From: Fimbriosthenelais zetlandica
Taxonomy: Eukaryota
Reading direction: 5' to 3'
Length of the DNA stretch: 64,000 nucleotides
Assembly: GCA_977030845.1 (NCBI GenBank)
Contig: OZ365110.1
Location: 48,422,001 to 48,486,000, forward strand
In this document: positions 28,101 through 39,215 of the stretch, in pieces
Numbering within the stretch: the stretch's first letter is position 1
Layout of the letters: each line of letters opens with the position of its first letter
Program-made: the position numbers and the translations under genes
The notes under the pieces: model-generated
Database searches by the model: none
Seen by the model: only the letters and a program-made list of their open reading frames with translations
What the model was told of the DNA's origin: nothing

Positions 28101-31100
28101 TCCTTTACGACCAAACCTTGGAAGCGAGAAGCTTGGACCCTTGATATGGGGGCCCTTGAATTTCCACTTTCCACCTTTGCCTTTTACTTTAGGTGCTTTT
28201 CCATTGATATCAACGTCAGGTCCTTCAACACTGATGTCTCCCTCTGGTAGTTCACCTTCAACACTAATGTCAGGCTTTTTGATATCTATATCAGCTTTGC
28301 CACCATAGGGTTCCTCAACAATGTCTACGTCTCCTATGCTTACTTCACCTTGGCCTTTACCTCCAAACTTGGGAAGGGAGAAGCTGGGAAGATTGATGCT
28401 AGGTCCCTTGAATCTCCACTTACGACCCTTCTTGTCAACTTTGATATCTGGACCTTCGATGTCTGCTTCAACTGGTTCAAAGTCTCCCTCAAGTCCAGCG
28501 TCTGGACCTTCAAATTCTGGTTTCTCTATCACAATCTCCCCTTGAGGTTTCTTTCCACCAAACTTGGGAAGAGAGAAGCTGGGGAGATCAAAGCTAGGTC
28601 CCTTGAATCTCCACTTGCGACCCTGCTTGTCAACTTTGATGTCTGGTCCTTCGATGTCTGCAGACACTGGTTCAAATTCTCCTTCAAGTTCAGCGTCTGG
28701 ACCTTCAAATTCTGGTTTCTCTATCACAATCTCACCTTGAGGTTTCTTGCCACCAAACTTGGGAAGAGAGAAGCTGGGGAGGCCAAAGCTAGGTCCCTTG
28801 AATCTCCACTTGCGACCTTTGGTGTCTACCTTTATGTCTGGTCCCTCTGCATCAATATCCACAGGCTCAAACTCTCCTTGGAGTTCAGCGTCAGGACCCT
28901 CAAATTCAGGCTTCTCTACTTGAACATCAAATTTACCACCATAAGGTTCCTGGACAATGTCAACGTCTCCAACGGTGATCTCTCCTTGAGGCTTCTTACC
29001 ACCAAACTTGGGAAGGGAGAAGCTAGGAAGGTCAATGCTAGGTCCCTTGAATCTCCACTTACGGCCCTTTTTATCAACTTTGATGTCTGGACCTTCAATG
29101 TCAGCCTCAACTGGTTCAAATTCTCCTTCTAGTTCAGCGTCAGGACCTTCAAATTCTGGCTTCTCAATAACAATTTCACCCTGAGGCTTCTTTCCACCAA
29201 ACTTAGGGAGAGAGAAGCTGGGAAGATCAAAGCTAGGTCCCTTGAATCTCCACTTACGACCTTTCTTGTCAACTTTGATGTCTGGTCCTTCGATGTCGGC
29301 AGACACTGGTTCAAATTCTCCTTCAAGCTCAGCGTCTGGACCTTCAAATTCTGGTTTCTCTATGTCAACGTCTAGTTTGGCACCATATGGCTCATGGACT
29401 ACATCCACATCACCCACTGTGATCTCTCCTTTTCCTTTACGTCCAAACCTAGGAAGCGAGAAGCTTGGACCCTTGATGTGGGGGCCCTTGAATTTCCACT
29501 TTCCACCTTTGCCTTTTACTTTAGGTGCTTTTCCATCAATATCAACGTCAGGTCCTTCAACACTGATGTCTCCCTCTGGTAGTTCACCTTCAACACTAAT
29601 GTCAGGCTTTTTGATATCTATGCCAGCTTTGCCACCATAGGGTTCCTCAACAATGTCTACGTCTCCTACGCTTACTTCACCTTGGCCTTTACCTCCAAAC
29701 TTGGGAAGGGAGAAGCTAGGAAGATTGATGCTAGGTCCCTTGAATCTCCACTTACGACCCTCCTTGTCAACCTTGATGTCTGGACCTTCAATGTCAGCCT
29801 CAACTGGTTCAAATTCTCCTTGAAGCTCAGCGTCTGGACCTTCAAATTCTGGTTTCTCTATCACAATCTCACCTTGAGGTTTCTTGCCACCAAATTTAGG
29901 AAGAGAGAAACTGGGGAGGCCAAAGCTAGGTCCCTTGAATCTCCACTTACGACCCTGCTTGTCAACTTTGATGTCTGGTCCTTCAATGTCAGCCTCAACT
30001 GGTTCAAATTCTCCTTCAAGCTCAGCGTCTGGACCTTCAAATTCTGGTTTCTCTATCACAATCTCACCTTGAGGTTTCTTGCCACCAAATTTGGGAAGAG
30101 AGAAGCTGGGGAGGCCAAAGCTAGGTCCCTTGAATCTCCACTTGCGACCTGTGGTGTCTACCTTTATGTCTGGTCCCTCTGCATCAATATCCACAGGCTC
30201 AAACTCTCCTTGGAGTTCAGCGTCAGGACCCTCAAATTCAGGCTTCTCTACTTTAACATCAAATTTACCACCATAAGGTTCCTGGACAATGTCAACGTCT
30301 CCAACAGTGATCTCTCCTTGATGCTTCTTGCCACCAAACTTAGGAAGGGAGAAGCTAGGAAGGTCAATGCTAGGTCCCTTGAATCTCCACTTACGGCCCT
30401 TCTTGTCAACTTTGATGTCTGGACCTTCAATGTCAGCCTCAACTGGTTCAAATTCTCCTTCAAGTTCAGCGTCAGGACCTTCAAATTCTGGCTTCTCAAT
30501 AACAATTTCACCCTGAGGCTTCTTTCCACCAAACTTAGGGAGAGAGAAGCTGGGAAGATCAAAGCTAGGACCCTTGAATCTCCACTTACGACCTTTCTTG
30601 TCAACTTTGATGTCTGGTCCTTCGATGTCGGCAGACACTGGTTCAAATTCTCCTTCAAGCTCAGCGTCTGGACCTTCAAATTCTGGTTTCTCTATGTCAA
30701 CGTCTAGTTTGGCACCGTATGGCTCATGAACTACATCTACATCACCCACTGTGATCTCTCCTTTTCCTTTTCGACCAAACCTGGGAAGCGAGAAGCTTGG
30801 ACCCTTGATGTGGGGCCCCTTGAATTTCCACTTTCCACCTTTGCCTTTTACTTTAGGTGCTTTTCCATCAATATCAACGTCAGGTCCTTCAACACTGATG
30901 TCTCCCTCTGGTAGTTCACCTTCAACACTAATGTCAGGTTTTTTGATATCTATGCCAGCTTTGGCGCCGTAGGGTTCCTCAACAATGTCCACATCTCCTA
31001 CACTTACTTCACCTTGGCCTTTACCTCCAAACTTGGGAAGGGAGAAGCTGGGAAGATTGATGTTAGGTCCCTTGAATCTCCACTTACGACCCTTCTTGTC

Positions 31101-34100
31101 AACTTTGATATCTGGACCTTCGATGTCTGCCTCAACTGGTTCAAATTCTCCCTCAAGTTCAGCGTCTGGACCTTCAAATTCTGGTTTCTCTATCACAATC
31201 TCACCCTGAGGTTTCTTGCCACCAAACTTGGGAAGAGAGAAGCTGGGGAGGCCAAAGCTAGGTCCCTTGAATCTCCACTTGCGACCCTGCTTGTCAACTT
31301 TGATGTCGGGCCCTTCAATGTCAGCCTCGACTGGTTCAAATTCTCCTTCAAGCTCAGCATCTGGACCTTCAAATTCTGGTTTCTCTATCACAATCTCACC
31401 TTGAGGTTTCTTGCCACCAAACTTGGGAAGAGAGAAGCTGGGGAGGCCAAAGCTAGGTCCCTTGAATCTCCACTTGCGACCTTTGGTGTCTACCTTTATA
31501 TCTGGTCCCTCTGCGTCAATATCCACAGGCTCAAACTCACCTTTGAGTTCTGCGTCAGGACCCTCAAATTCAGGCTTCTCTACTTTAACATCAAATTTAC
31601 CACCATAAGGTTCCTGGACAATGTCAACGTCTCCAACAGTGATCTCTCCTTGATGCTTCTTGCCACCAAACTTAGGAAGGGAGAAGCTAGGAAGGTCAAT
31701 GCTAGGTCCCTTGAATCTCCACTTACGGCCCTTTTTATCAACTTTGATGTCTGGACCTTCAATGTCAGCCTCAACTGGTTCAAATTCTCCTTCTAGTTCA
31801 GCGTCAGGACCTTCAAATTCTGGCTTCTCAATAACAATTTCACCCTGAGGCTTCTTTCCACCAAACTTAGGGAGAGAGAAGCTGGGAAGATCAAAGCTAG
31901 GTCCCTTGAATCTCCACTTACGACCCTTCTTGTCAACTTTGATATCTGGTCCTTCGATGTCTGCAGACACTGGTTCAAATTCTCCTTCAAGCTCAGCGTC
32001 AGGGCCTTCAAATTCTGGTTTCTCTATGTCAACGTCTAGTTTGGCACCATATGGCTCATGGACTACATCCACATCACCCACTGTGATCTCTCCTTTTCCT
32101 TTACGGCCAAACCTGGGAAGCGAGAAGCTTGGACCCTTGATGTGGGGGCCCTTGAATTTCCACTTTCCACCTTTGCCTTTTACTTTAGGTGCTTTTCCAT
32201 CAATATCAACGTCAGGTCCTTCAACACTGATGTCTCCCTCTGGTAGTTCACCTTCAACACTAATGTCAGGCTTTTTGATATCTATGCCAGCTTTTCCACC
32301 GTAGGGTTCCTCGACAATGTCTACGTCTCCTACGCTAACTTCACCTTGGCCTTTACCTCCAAACTTGGGAAGGGAGAAGCTGGGAAGATTGATGCTAGGT
32401 CCCTTGAATCTCCACTTACGACCCTTCTTGTCAACTTTGATGTCTGGACCTTCGATGTCTGCAGACACTGGTTCAAACTCTCCTTCAAGTTCAGCGTCTG
32501 GGCCTTCAAATTCAGGTTTCTCTATCACAATCTCACCCTGAGGTTTCTTGCCACCAAATTTAGGAAGAGAAAAGCTGGGAAGATTGATGCTAGGTCCCTT
32601 GAATCTCCACTTTCGACCCTGCTTGTCAACTTTGATGTCAGGCCCTTCAATGTCAGCCTCAACTGGTTCAAATTCTCCCTCAAGCTCAGCGTCTGGACCT
32701 TCAAATTCTGGTTTCTCTATCACAATCTCACCTTGAGGCTTCTTGCCACCAAACTTGGGAAGAGAGAAGCTGGGGAGGCCAAAGCTAGGTCCCTTGAATC
32801 TCCACTTGCGACCTTTGGTGTCTACCTTTATGTCTGGTCCCTCTGCATCAATATCCACAGGCTCAAACTCTCCTTGGAGTTCTGCGTCCGGACCCTCAAA
32901 TTCAGGCTTCTCTACTTTAACATCAAATTTACCACCATAAGGTTCCTGGACAATGTCAACGTCTCCAACAGTGATCTCTCCTTGATGCTTCTTGCCACCA
33001 AACTTAGGAAGGGAGAAGCTAGGAAGATCAAAGCTAGGTCCCTTGAATCTCCACTTACGGCCCTTCTTGTCAACTTTGATGTCTGGACCTTCGATGTCAG
33101 CCTCAACTGGTTCAAATTCTCCCTCAAGTTCAGCGTCTGGACCTTCAAATTCTGGTTTCTCTATCACAATCTCACCCTGAGGTTTCTTGCCACCAAACTT
33201 GGGAAGGGAGAAGCTAGGAAGGTTAATGCTAGGTCCCTTGAATCTCCACTTACGACCTTTCTTGTCAACTTTGATATCAGGACCTTCAATATCTGCAGAC
33301 ACTGGTTCAAATTCTCCTTCAAGATCAGCGTCTGGACCTTCAAATTCAGGCTTTTCCACTGTAACATCTACTTTCGCCCCATATGGCTCATGTACTACAT
33401 CAACATCCCCTACTGTAATCTCTCCCTTTCTTTTCCGTCCGAAACTTGGCAGAGAAAAAGTTGGAGCTTTCCAATGGGGACCTTTAATTCGCCACTTACG
33501 TCCTGAGGAATCGACTTTTATGTCTGATCCTTCTGCTTCTGGATGTACTTCTTCTAATTCTCCTGAATCGCTTCCTTCTGCATGTATTTCAGCTGTGCCC
33601 TCAACCTTTCTCTTTCGCACATGTGGAAGTGAAAAACTTGGCCCTTTTACTTTCAAATTTGGCTCATCAGCATCCACTGAAAGCTCAGCGTCTGAAGGTG
33701 TTCCTGAACTTCCTTTCTTGGCTTTACCTTTTCCAAACGCCCTTGAGATAAATCCAGTTGATTCTTCAACAATTTGTGTATCACCTATAATAAACTCTCC
33801 TTGTTTCCCTCTTGGAATTTTTGCTTTCGGTCCAGTGATATCATCTTCATCATCAGAGATGTTTATATCCACTTCACCTTCTAAACTAGGTAATTCTTCA
33901 CCGTGAAGTTTTATGTCACTCTTTTGCCGTTCAGCTTTTGCAGCTTTTATCTTGGGTTCTGCAGCAATGTCAGGGGATTCTTCTCGATCCAAGTGGATAT
34001 TACCTGAAGTATCTGTTGATGCTGAACTTTTCCTCTTCTTTTCCTTCTTCTTTTTCTTCTTGAAAAGGGAGAACTTTCCACCAGAGGCTTTTCCTTCAGT

Positions 34101-35401
34101 CGATGATGCAGTATCAAAATCTAATGACCTGTCTGGTGTTTCAACTTCAAGTGACGTGTCAGGATTCACGCTAGGACTCCTTGATCTGATGGTAACAACC
34201 TTCTCGTAACTAATGGTAGCTTCGCCTTCTGCTGTTTGTTCAGTGACTACACTTATAACCTTTCTATAAGTTTTTGCAACAATTAAATCTTCTTGAACTT
34301 CTGTCGATTCATATGATGCATCTAAATCAGCCGACGCCAACCTACTAGAACGGTCCGTAGAATCTGATTCTGAACGTCTTTTTCTTCTCCTTTCAAGGGT
34401 CCTTGACAATGTCCCTGTCCTTTCCTGAACAACTGATGTATCTCCTAGAACTACTTCTCCCTTGTTTGTAGAAATGGGTAGTTCAAATCCTCTGGAGAGA
34501 CGGTCAGGAGATGTAATGACAATCTTTGGTTTGTCTCCAGCTGATAAACTTCTTCTTTTTCGATCACTACTGCTGCTTCTACTTCGATTGCTACTACTGG
34601 AAGAACTAGATCTGCTTCTTCCTTTGTTTGTCTCCTTTCTTTTCTTATGCTTTTTATCATGTGTATCAACAGATATCTGAGAACTTATGGCCGGATCTTC
34701 TGATTGTGCACCAAACGCAGCTGATACCCCAGGAGATTTTACCTCAAAAGCTGCTGCCCCATGTTCGTCATCTATGTTTGCCGGAGTTTCAATTCTTTCT
34801 TTTGTTACAAAATGTTCGGTAATGTCTCCTGTTGGTATGCCCTCATCAACACGTAAAATTTCTGTTTGTTCTTCTGTTGTTGTCTTCCCGTCCTTTTCTA
34901 ATGTATGTTTTTCTTTTATTACAGAAACAGTGGAGCTTTCCTCTGCTGTACCATCTGGGCCCACTCCAAACTGTGTTAGATCAAGGTCTCCTAGCCCACC
35001 TGAAACCTCAACAACTCTTTTGTGAGATACGTGATGAGTTGTTTCTGTTTTTGAGGTTTCCTCAACGGTCCTGCCAGAAGCTCCAAAAGAGAATCCAGGA
35101 AGGCTTACTTCTCCTTCACCAAAGTGTATGTCGCTGCTGAGGCCAGATGCTTCCCCAGACCCAGTTACTTGTTTTCTCTCAGTGACGATGACGCTCTGCT
35201 CTGATTGACTTGTTATCTCACTTCTTTCTGATTCAGTTTCATATGCTGTGCTACTGCTTGTTATGTGAGAATCAGAGACAGTGTCTGTAGTTGCTCCAAA
35301 TTTGAGCTCCAAGTCATCTGGGTTTACTGAAACACCGAAGGATTCATCTGGAACGGTTACCTTCGAATCAGCTTCGGATGTTTCTTTGAAAGACTCTCCA
35401 C
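10110..35401 (-). CDS. HSPA12: Giant coding exon (25,292 bp, phase 1 to phase 0): acidic/Ser-rich N-region, ~7,000-aa AHNAK/periaxin-like repeat array, linker, and N-terminal part of an HSPA12 (atypical Hsp70) nucleotide-binding domain
   Basis: Uninterrupted ORF (track 10047..35450). Acceptor tattttccag|GT GGA GAG at 35402/35401; donor AGT CAA|gtaagt at 10110/10109. Length is 2+3x8430. The C-terminal end [90 protein letters not shown] matches the HSPA12 N-lobe, including the Hsp70 phosphate-1 motif. Confidence 0.92.
12393..33431 (-). repeat. Coding tandem repeat array: 96 modules (52 A of 195 bp, 17 B of 252/237 bp, 17 C of 246 bp, 10 D of 249 bp), AHNAK/periaxin-like
   Basis: Manual parse of the translation. 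Module lengths reproduce the spacings of landmark sites (195, 1332, 2805, 2610, 2400, 2400, 2025 bp). The shared core [49 protein letters not shown] resembles AHNAK/PRX repeats (EGPDV.I, K.K.P.FS.P motifs). Confidence 0.95.
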
Positions 35402-35611
35402 CTGGAAAATATAAAGAGTATTCTTGGTAAGAAGTTAGAACAATTGGCAATGTTTCCTGGTATATCTAACAAAATATATACATAGCATAGAACATTAATA
35501 ATATTAAGGGAGATTAGCTTAACTGAAACAATGAGAACAAAAGGTTGCGTTCAAATCTCTTTTCCATAGTGTTAAATCATATAAATAAATATATTTTACT
35601 TTCTCCCTTTC

Positions 35612-36627
35612 TCGATTAGGGGCTATCTCCCTCCACTACCTGTTATAATTGATCTAAGTTAATGGATATATTACATTCACACTTGGTCGATTAGGGGCTA
35701 TCTCCCTCCACTACCTGTTAAAACTGATCTAAGTTAATGGATATATTACATTCTCACTTGGTCGATTAGGGGCTATCTCCCTCCACTACCTGTTATAATT
35801 GATCTAAGTTAATGGATTATTATATTACATTCTCACTTGGTCGATTAGGGGCTATCTCCCTCCACTACCTGTTATAATTGATCTAAGTTAATGGATATAT
35901 TACATTCTCACTTGGTCGATTAGGGGCTATCTCCCTCCACTACCTGTTATAATTGATCTAAGTTAATGGATATATTACATTCTCACTTGGTCGATTAGGG
36001 GCTATCTCCCTCCACTACCTGTTATAATTGATCTAAGTTAATGGATTATTATATTACATTCTCACTTGGTCGATTAGGGGCTATCTCCCTCCACTACCTG
36101 TTATAATTGATCTAAGTTAATGGATATATTACATTCTCACTTGGTCGATTAGGGGCTATTTCCCTCCACTACCTGTTAAAACTGATCTAAGTTAATGGAT
36201 ATATTACATTCTCACTTGGTCGATTAGGGGCTATCTCCCTCCACTACCTGTTATAATTGATCTAAGTTAATGGATATATTACACTCTCACTTGGTCGATT
36301 AGGGCTATCTCCCTCCACTACCTGTTATAATTGATCTAAGTTAATGGATTATTATATTACATTCTCACTTGGTCGATTAGGGGCTATCTCCCTCCACTAC
36401 CTGTTATAATTGATCTAATTTAATGGATATATTACATTCTCACTTGGTCGATTAGGGGCTATCTCCCTCCACTACCTGTTATAACTTATCTAAGTTAATG
36501 GATATATTACATTCGCACTTGGTCGATTAGGGGCTATCTCCCTCCACTACCTGTTATAACTTATCTAAGTTAATGGATATATTACATTCTCACTTGGTCG
36601 ATTAGGAGCTAATCCCTCCACTACCTT
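35612..36627. repeat. 75-bp minisatellite, 13 full units plus 1 partial (three units of 78-79 bp)
   Basis: Unit TCGATTAGGGGCTATCTCCCTCCACTACCTGTTATAATTGATCTAAGTTAATGGATATATTACATTCTCACTTGG. Unit starts at 35612, 35687, 35762, 35841, 35916, 35991, 36070, 36145, 36220, 36295, 36373, 36448, 36523 and 36598. Confidence 0.97.
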
Positions 36628-38967
36628 ATTAGACAAGGAGTCAATATAGCACAAGATGTCTTCAGAATGAACACTTGATAATTATATTTCAAGTTATATT
36701 ATTCATTTTTGCTCTGATTTTCTGTTTGGGGCTCTCACGACAATTCATTCAATACTATGTATCATTCCTAGCTGTGAATGTTATATCATACATAAGCACC
36801 AAAACTCGAGGGAGGCGGTTTAAAACTATGTCCAACTTGGGGACTTATTGCTCTAACAAAGTGACTATATTCGACTCGAAAGCCTACGAATATATAATAG
36901 CCTATATAGTTACAGGAACACTTCATGATTCATGACATTCAGAAATTGGAAACCCAATGCTTCCACAGAATTGAAATTCAGCACTCAGTATTCAAAAGTC
37001 AGTTTTATGTATACAACCCATTTATTGATCAACAGTGTTAGAAGTTGTCAAAATTCTATTTTGATGCCTCTATGTATAAATACATGTAGTCGTTAATTAA
37101 GGTAATTCATTAGACTCTTTTTAGCATTCCCTATAATCATTTAAGCTATTCATGAGGTATGCGGTCAGCTCAAGTCAAGTAGTGATGAATAAAGGCAAGC
37201 TGTATATTTCATGAGAAAGGGACAATGTACACAGGACCCGACCTTAGTATACTGTAGATGTGCACAAGAGCTTGATTTGTCTTTTTTTATTTGGAAAAGA
37301 AATATCCTATGTACAACGCACGAGTCATGTCATGATCCTGCTAGAGAAATAATGGACTGGGGAGGATGAGCACTATTGCAGTGAAAGTGATGAAAAGTCT
37401 GGACGCCCTGACTGGACAGTATCAAAGTCAGTTGTTTGTGAGCTACGTCAGTGTGGTTGGTATGTGGGGCTAGGAGGTCGTCTAGGGATCCACCCCGGCC
37501 TTATTGTACAATATACATCATTATCTGCTTCGCCATGAAGATGGCAGCGATGCCCACTAGCAGTCGCTCGGTCGCAAGAGACGCCTTTTCTGACAATTTT
37601 TGGCCACTTTGAAAACCAAACGACCAAATTTTTGCAGGCCACCTATTTCCTGGCGCATTTTCCCAATCCCAGTCTACATCACTGAGATGGCCTCAGTTGC
37701 TATCAATTGGACATGAGATAAAATCATGATTTAGAATGCACAGCAACACCCACCCTCTCTGACATCCCATAGATTCAGTTACGCCCCTTCAGCATGGTTT
37801 CAGGGGAGGGGACGGAGATCAGCCTTATGAAAAGGGATGGGTCCAGCCTATTTTCATCTAAATATCTAAATGAATAGAACCCCAGATCGGACAATAAGCC
37901 CGATATACTAGGCTATCTACAACTGTTATCATTCTGACCATCCCATTATCTACAAGTATATTGAACAGTAAATACCCCACTTGAAGCCCAATTTGTGCCA
38001 TGATTTGTATAATATTTATAATCTAGCAAACCCGCAGAGATCACACACCAAATTCCAATGTATCAAATGCATATTAATTTCTATTTTTATTCTGTAGCAT
38101 GGAACTCATCGTCAGTTTCTCATAGAGTCTAAGCTGAGATTTTAATAGCATATTAAATTCTACGGTACTTGGAATGCTGAGTATCATCCTGAGTGTCTTA
38201 TTATTTTGAGTGTTTGTCTATGGTGATGAATGAAGCTTTATCATTGGTTATCAATGACACTTCTGTCTGTCAATCATTTTTATCAAGGGTTCAACGAGAA
38301 ATGAATCTTACCCTAAGGTTAAACCTATCATTTACGAGTGCTTCTGTTATTGAACCTAGTATGATTAGGAGACTATTAAACATAAATGTAAAGGCAAATG
38401 GAACATTATGCATTCTGCATTATGTTCAGTTACTTGCTGAAACGAGTATAGAATCAGAAGAGTGCAACGTGTGTTAAATCATTTTCTTTAACCATATTTC
38501 TTCCACCAGAAAGATTATTACGCAAATTATGTCAATATATCACCATCAAGAACTCCTATTTATTTTTCCTGTGGTCTGCTTCATAATCCATTGTTAGTTA
38601 ATAGATTATGAGACAGGCCCCTGATGGAATGCCGACCAGAATAAAATTCAGAATCAACATTTACTCTGGGGATGGAGTTTGGGTTGTAACTTAGAAGCAA
38701 GACTCTCTCTACATCCATGAGAAAATGGTGGCAGCGTATAGAGAACACATGCTCAGAACAAACAACCAAATGTGTCGCTTTCTACAGTGAGGGGTGTTGA
38801 GGGGTTTCCACCCCTGGGGCCCATTTCAAATGGAACAATTCAACATTCGTCGTACTATCACAGGGCCTAACCTAATATCTACATCCAGGGCTCTGTGTCA
38901 CAAGATTCTGATAGATTTGATATTTTAGATACATTTTGTAGGTATTCATGACAAATTAGATATATAT

Positions 38968-39215
38968 GGTAATATGGGGTATGGACACAGCATTGACCAA
39001 ATTATAGCTTAAGGATAATATCGCAACGCAAAGTTTTAGTTTGCGGAATGTACATATATGGTAACATGGGAATAGGCTATGGACATGACATTGACCAAAT
39101 TATAGCTTAATGGTAGTTAACATGGGAATGGGGTATGGGCGCGGCATTGACCAAATTATACAGCTTAGCCTTAGAGGTAATATCGCAACACAAAGTTTTA
39201 GTATGCGGAATGTAC
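38968..39215. repeat. Degenerate local duplication (X-Y-X-X-Y pattern)
   Basis: CATTGACCAAATTATA occurs three times; TAATATCGCAAC.CAAAGTTTTAGT.TGCGGAATGTAC occurs twice. Confidence 0.8.

Noticed and set aside
12316-35140. Dozens of plus-strand and alternate-frame ORFs (up to 547 aa) across the giant exon
   Set aside because: They are shadow frames of the repetitive coding strand: the same peptides recur with the module period and end at the same repeat positions.
35402-35450. ORF-track start '[16 protein letters not shown]'
   Set aside because: The start is a TTG, and the segment is the polypyrimidine tract/acceptor of the intron (tattttccag); it is not coding.
35612-36627. Possible CRISPR array
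   Set aside because: The units are head-to-tail with no unique spacers, there are no cas genes, and the context is a eukaryotic intron.
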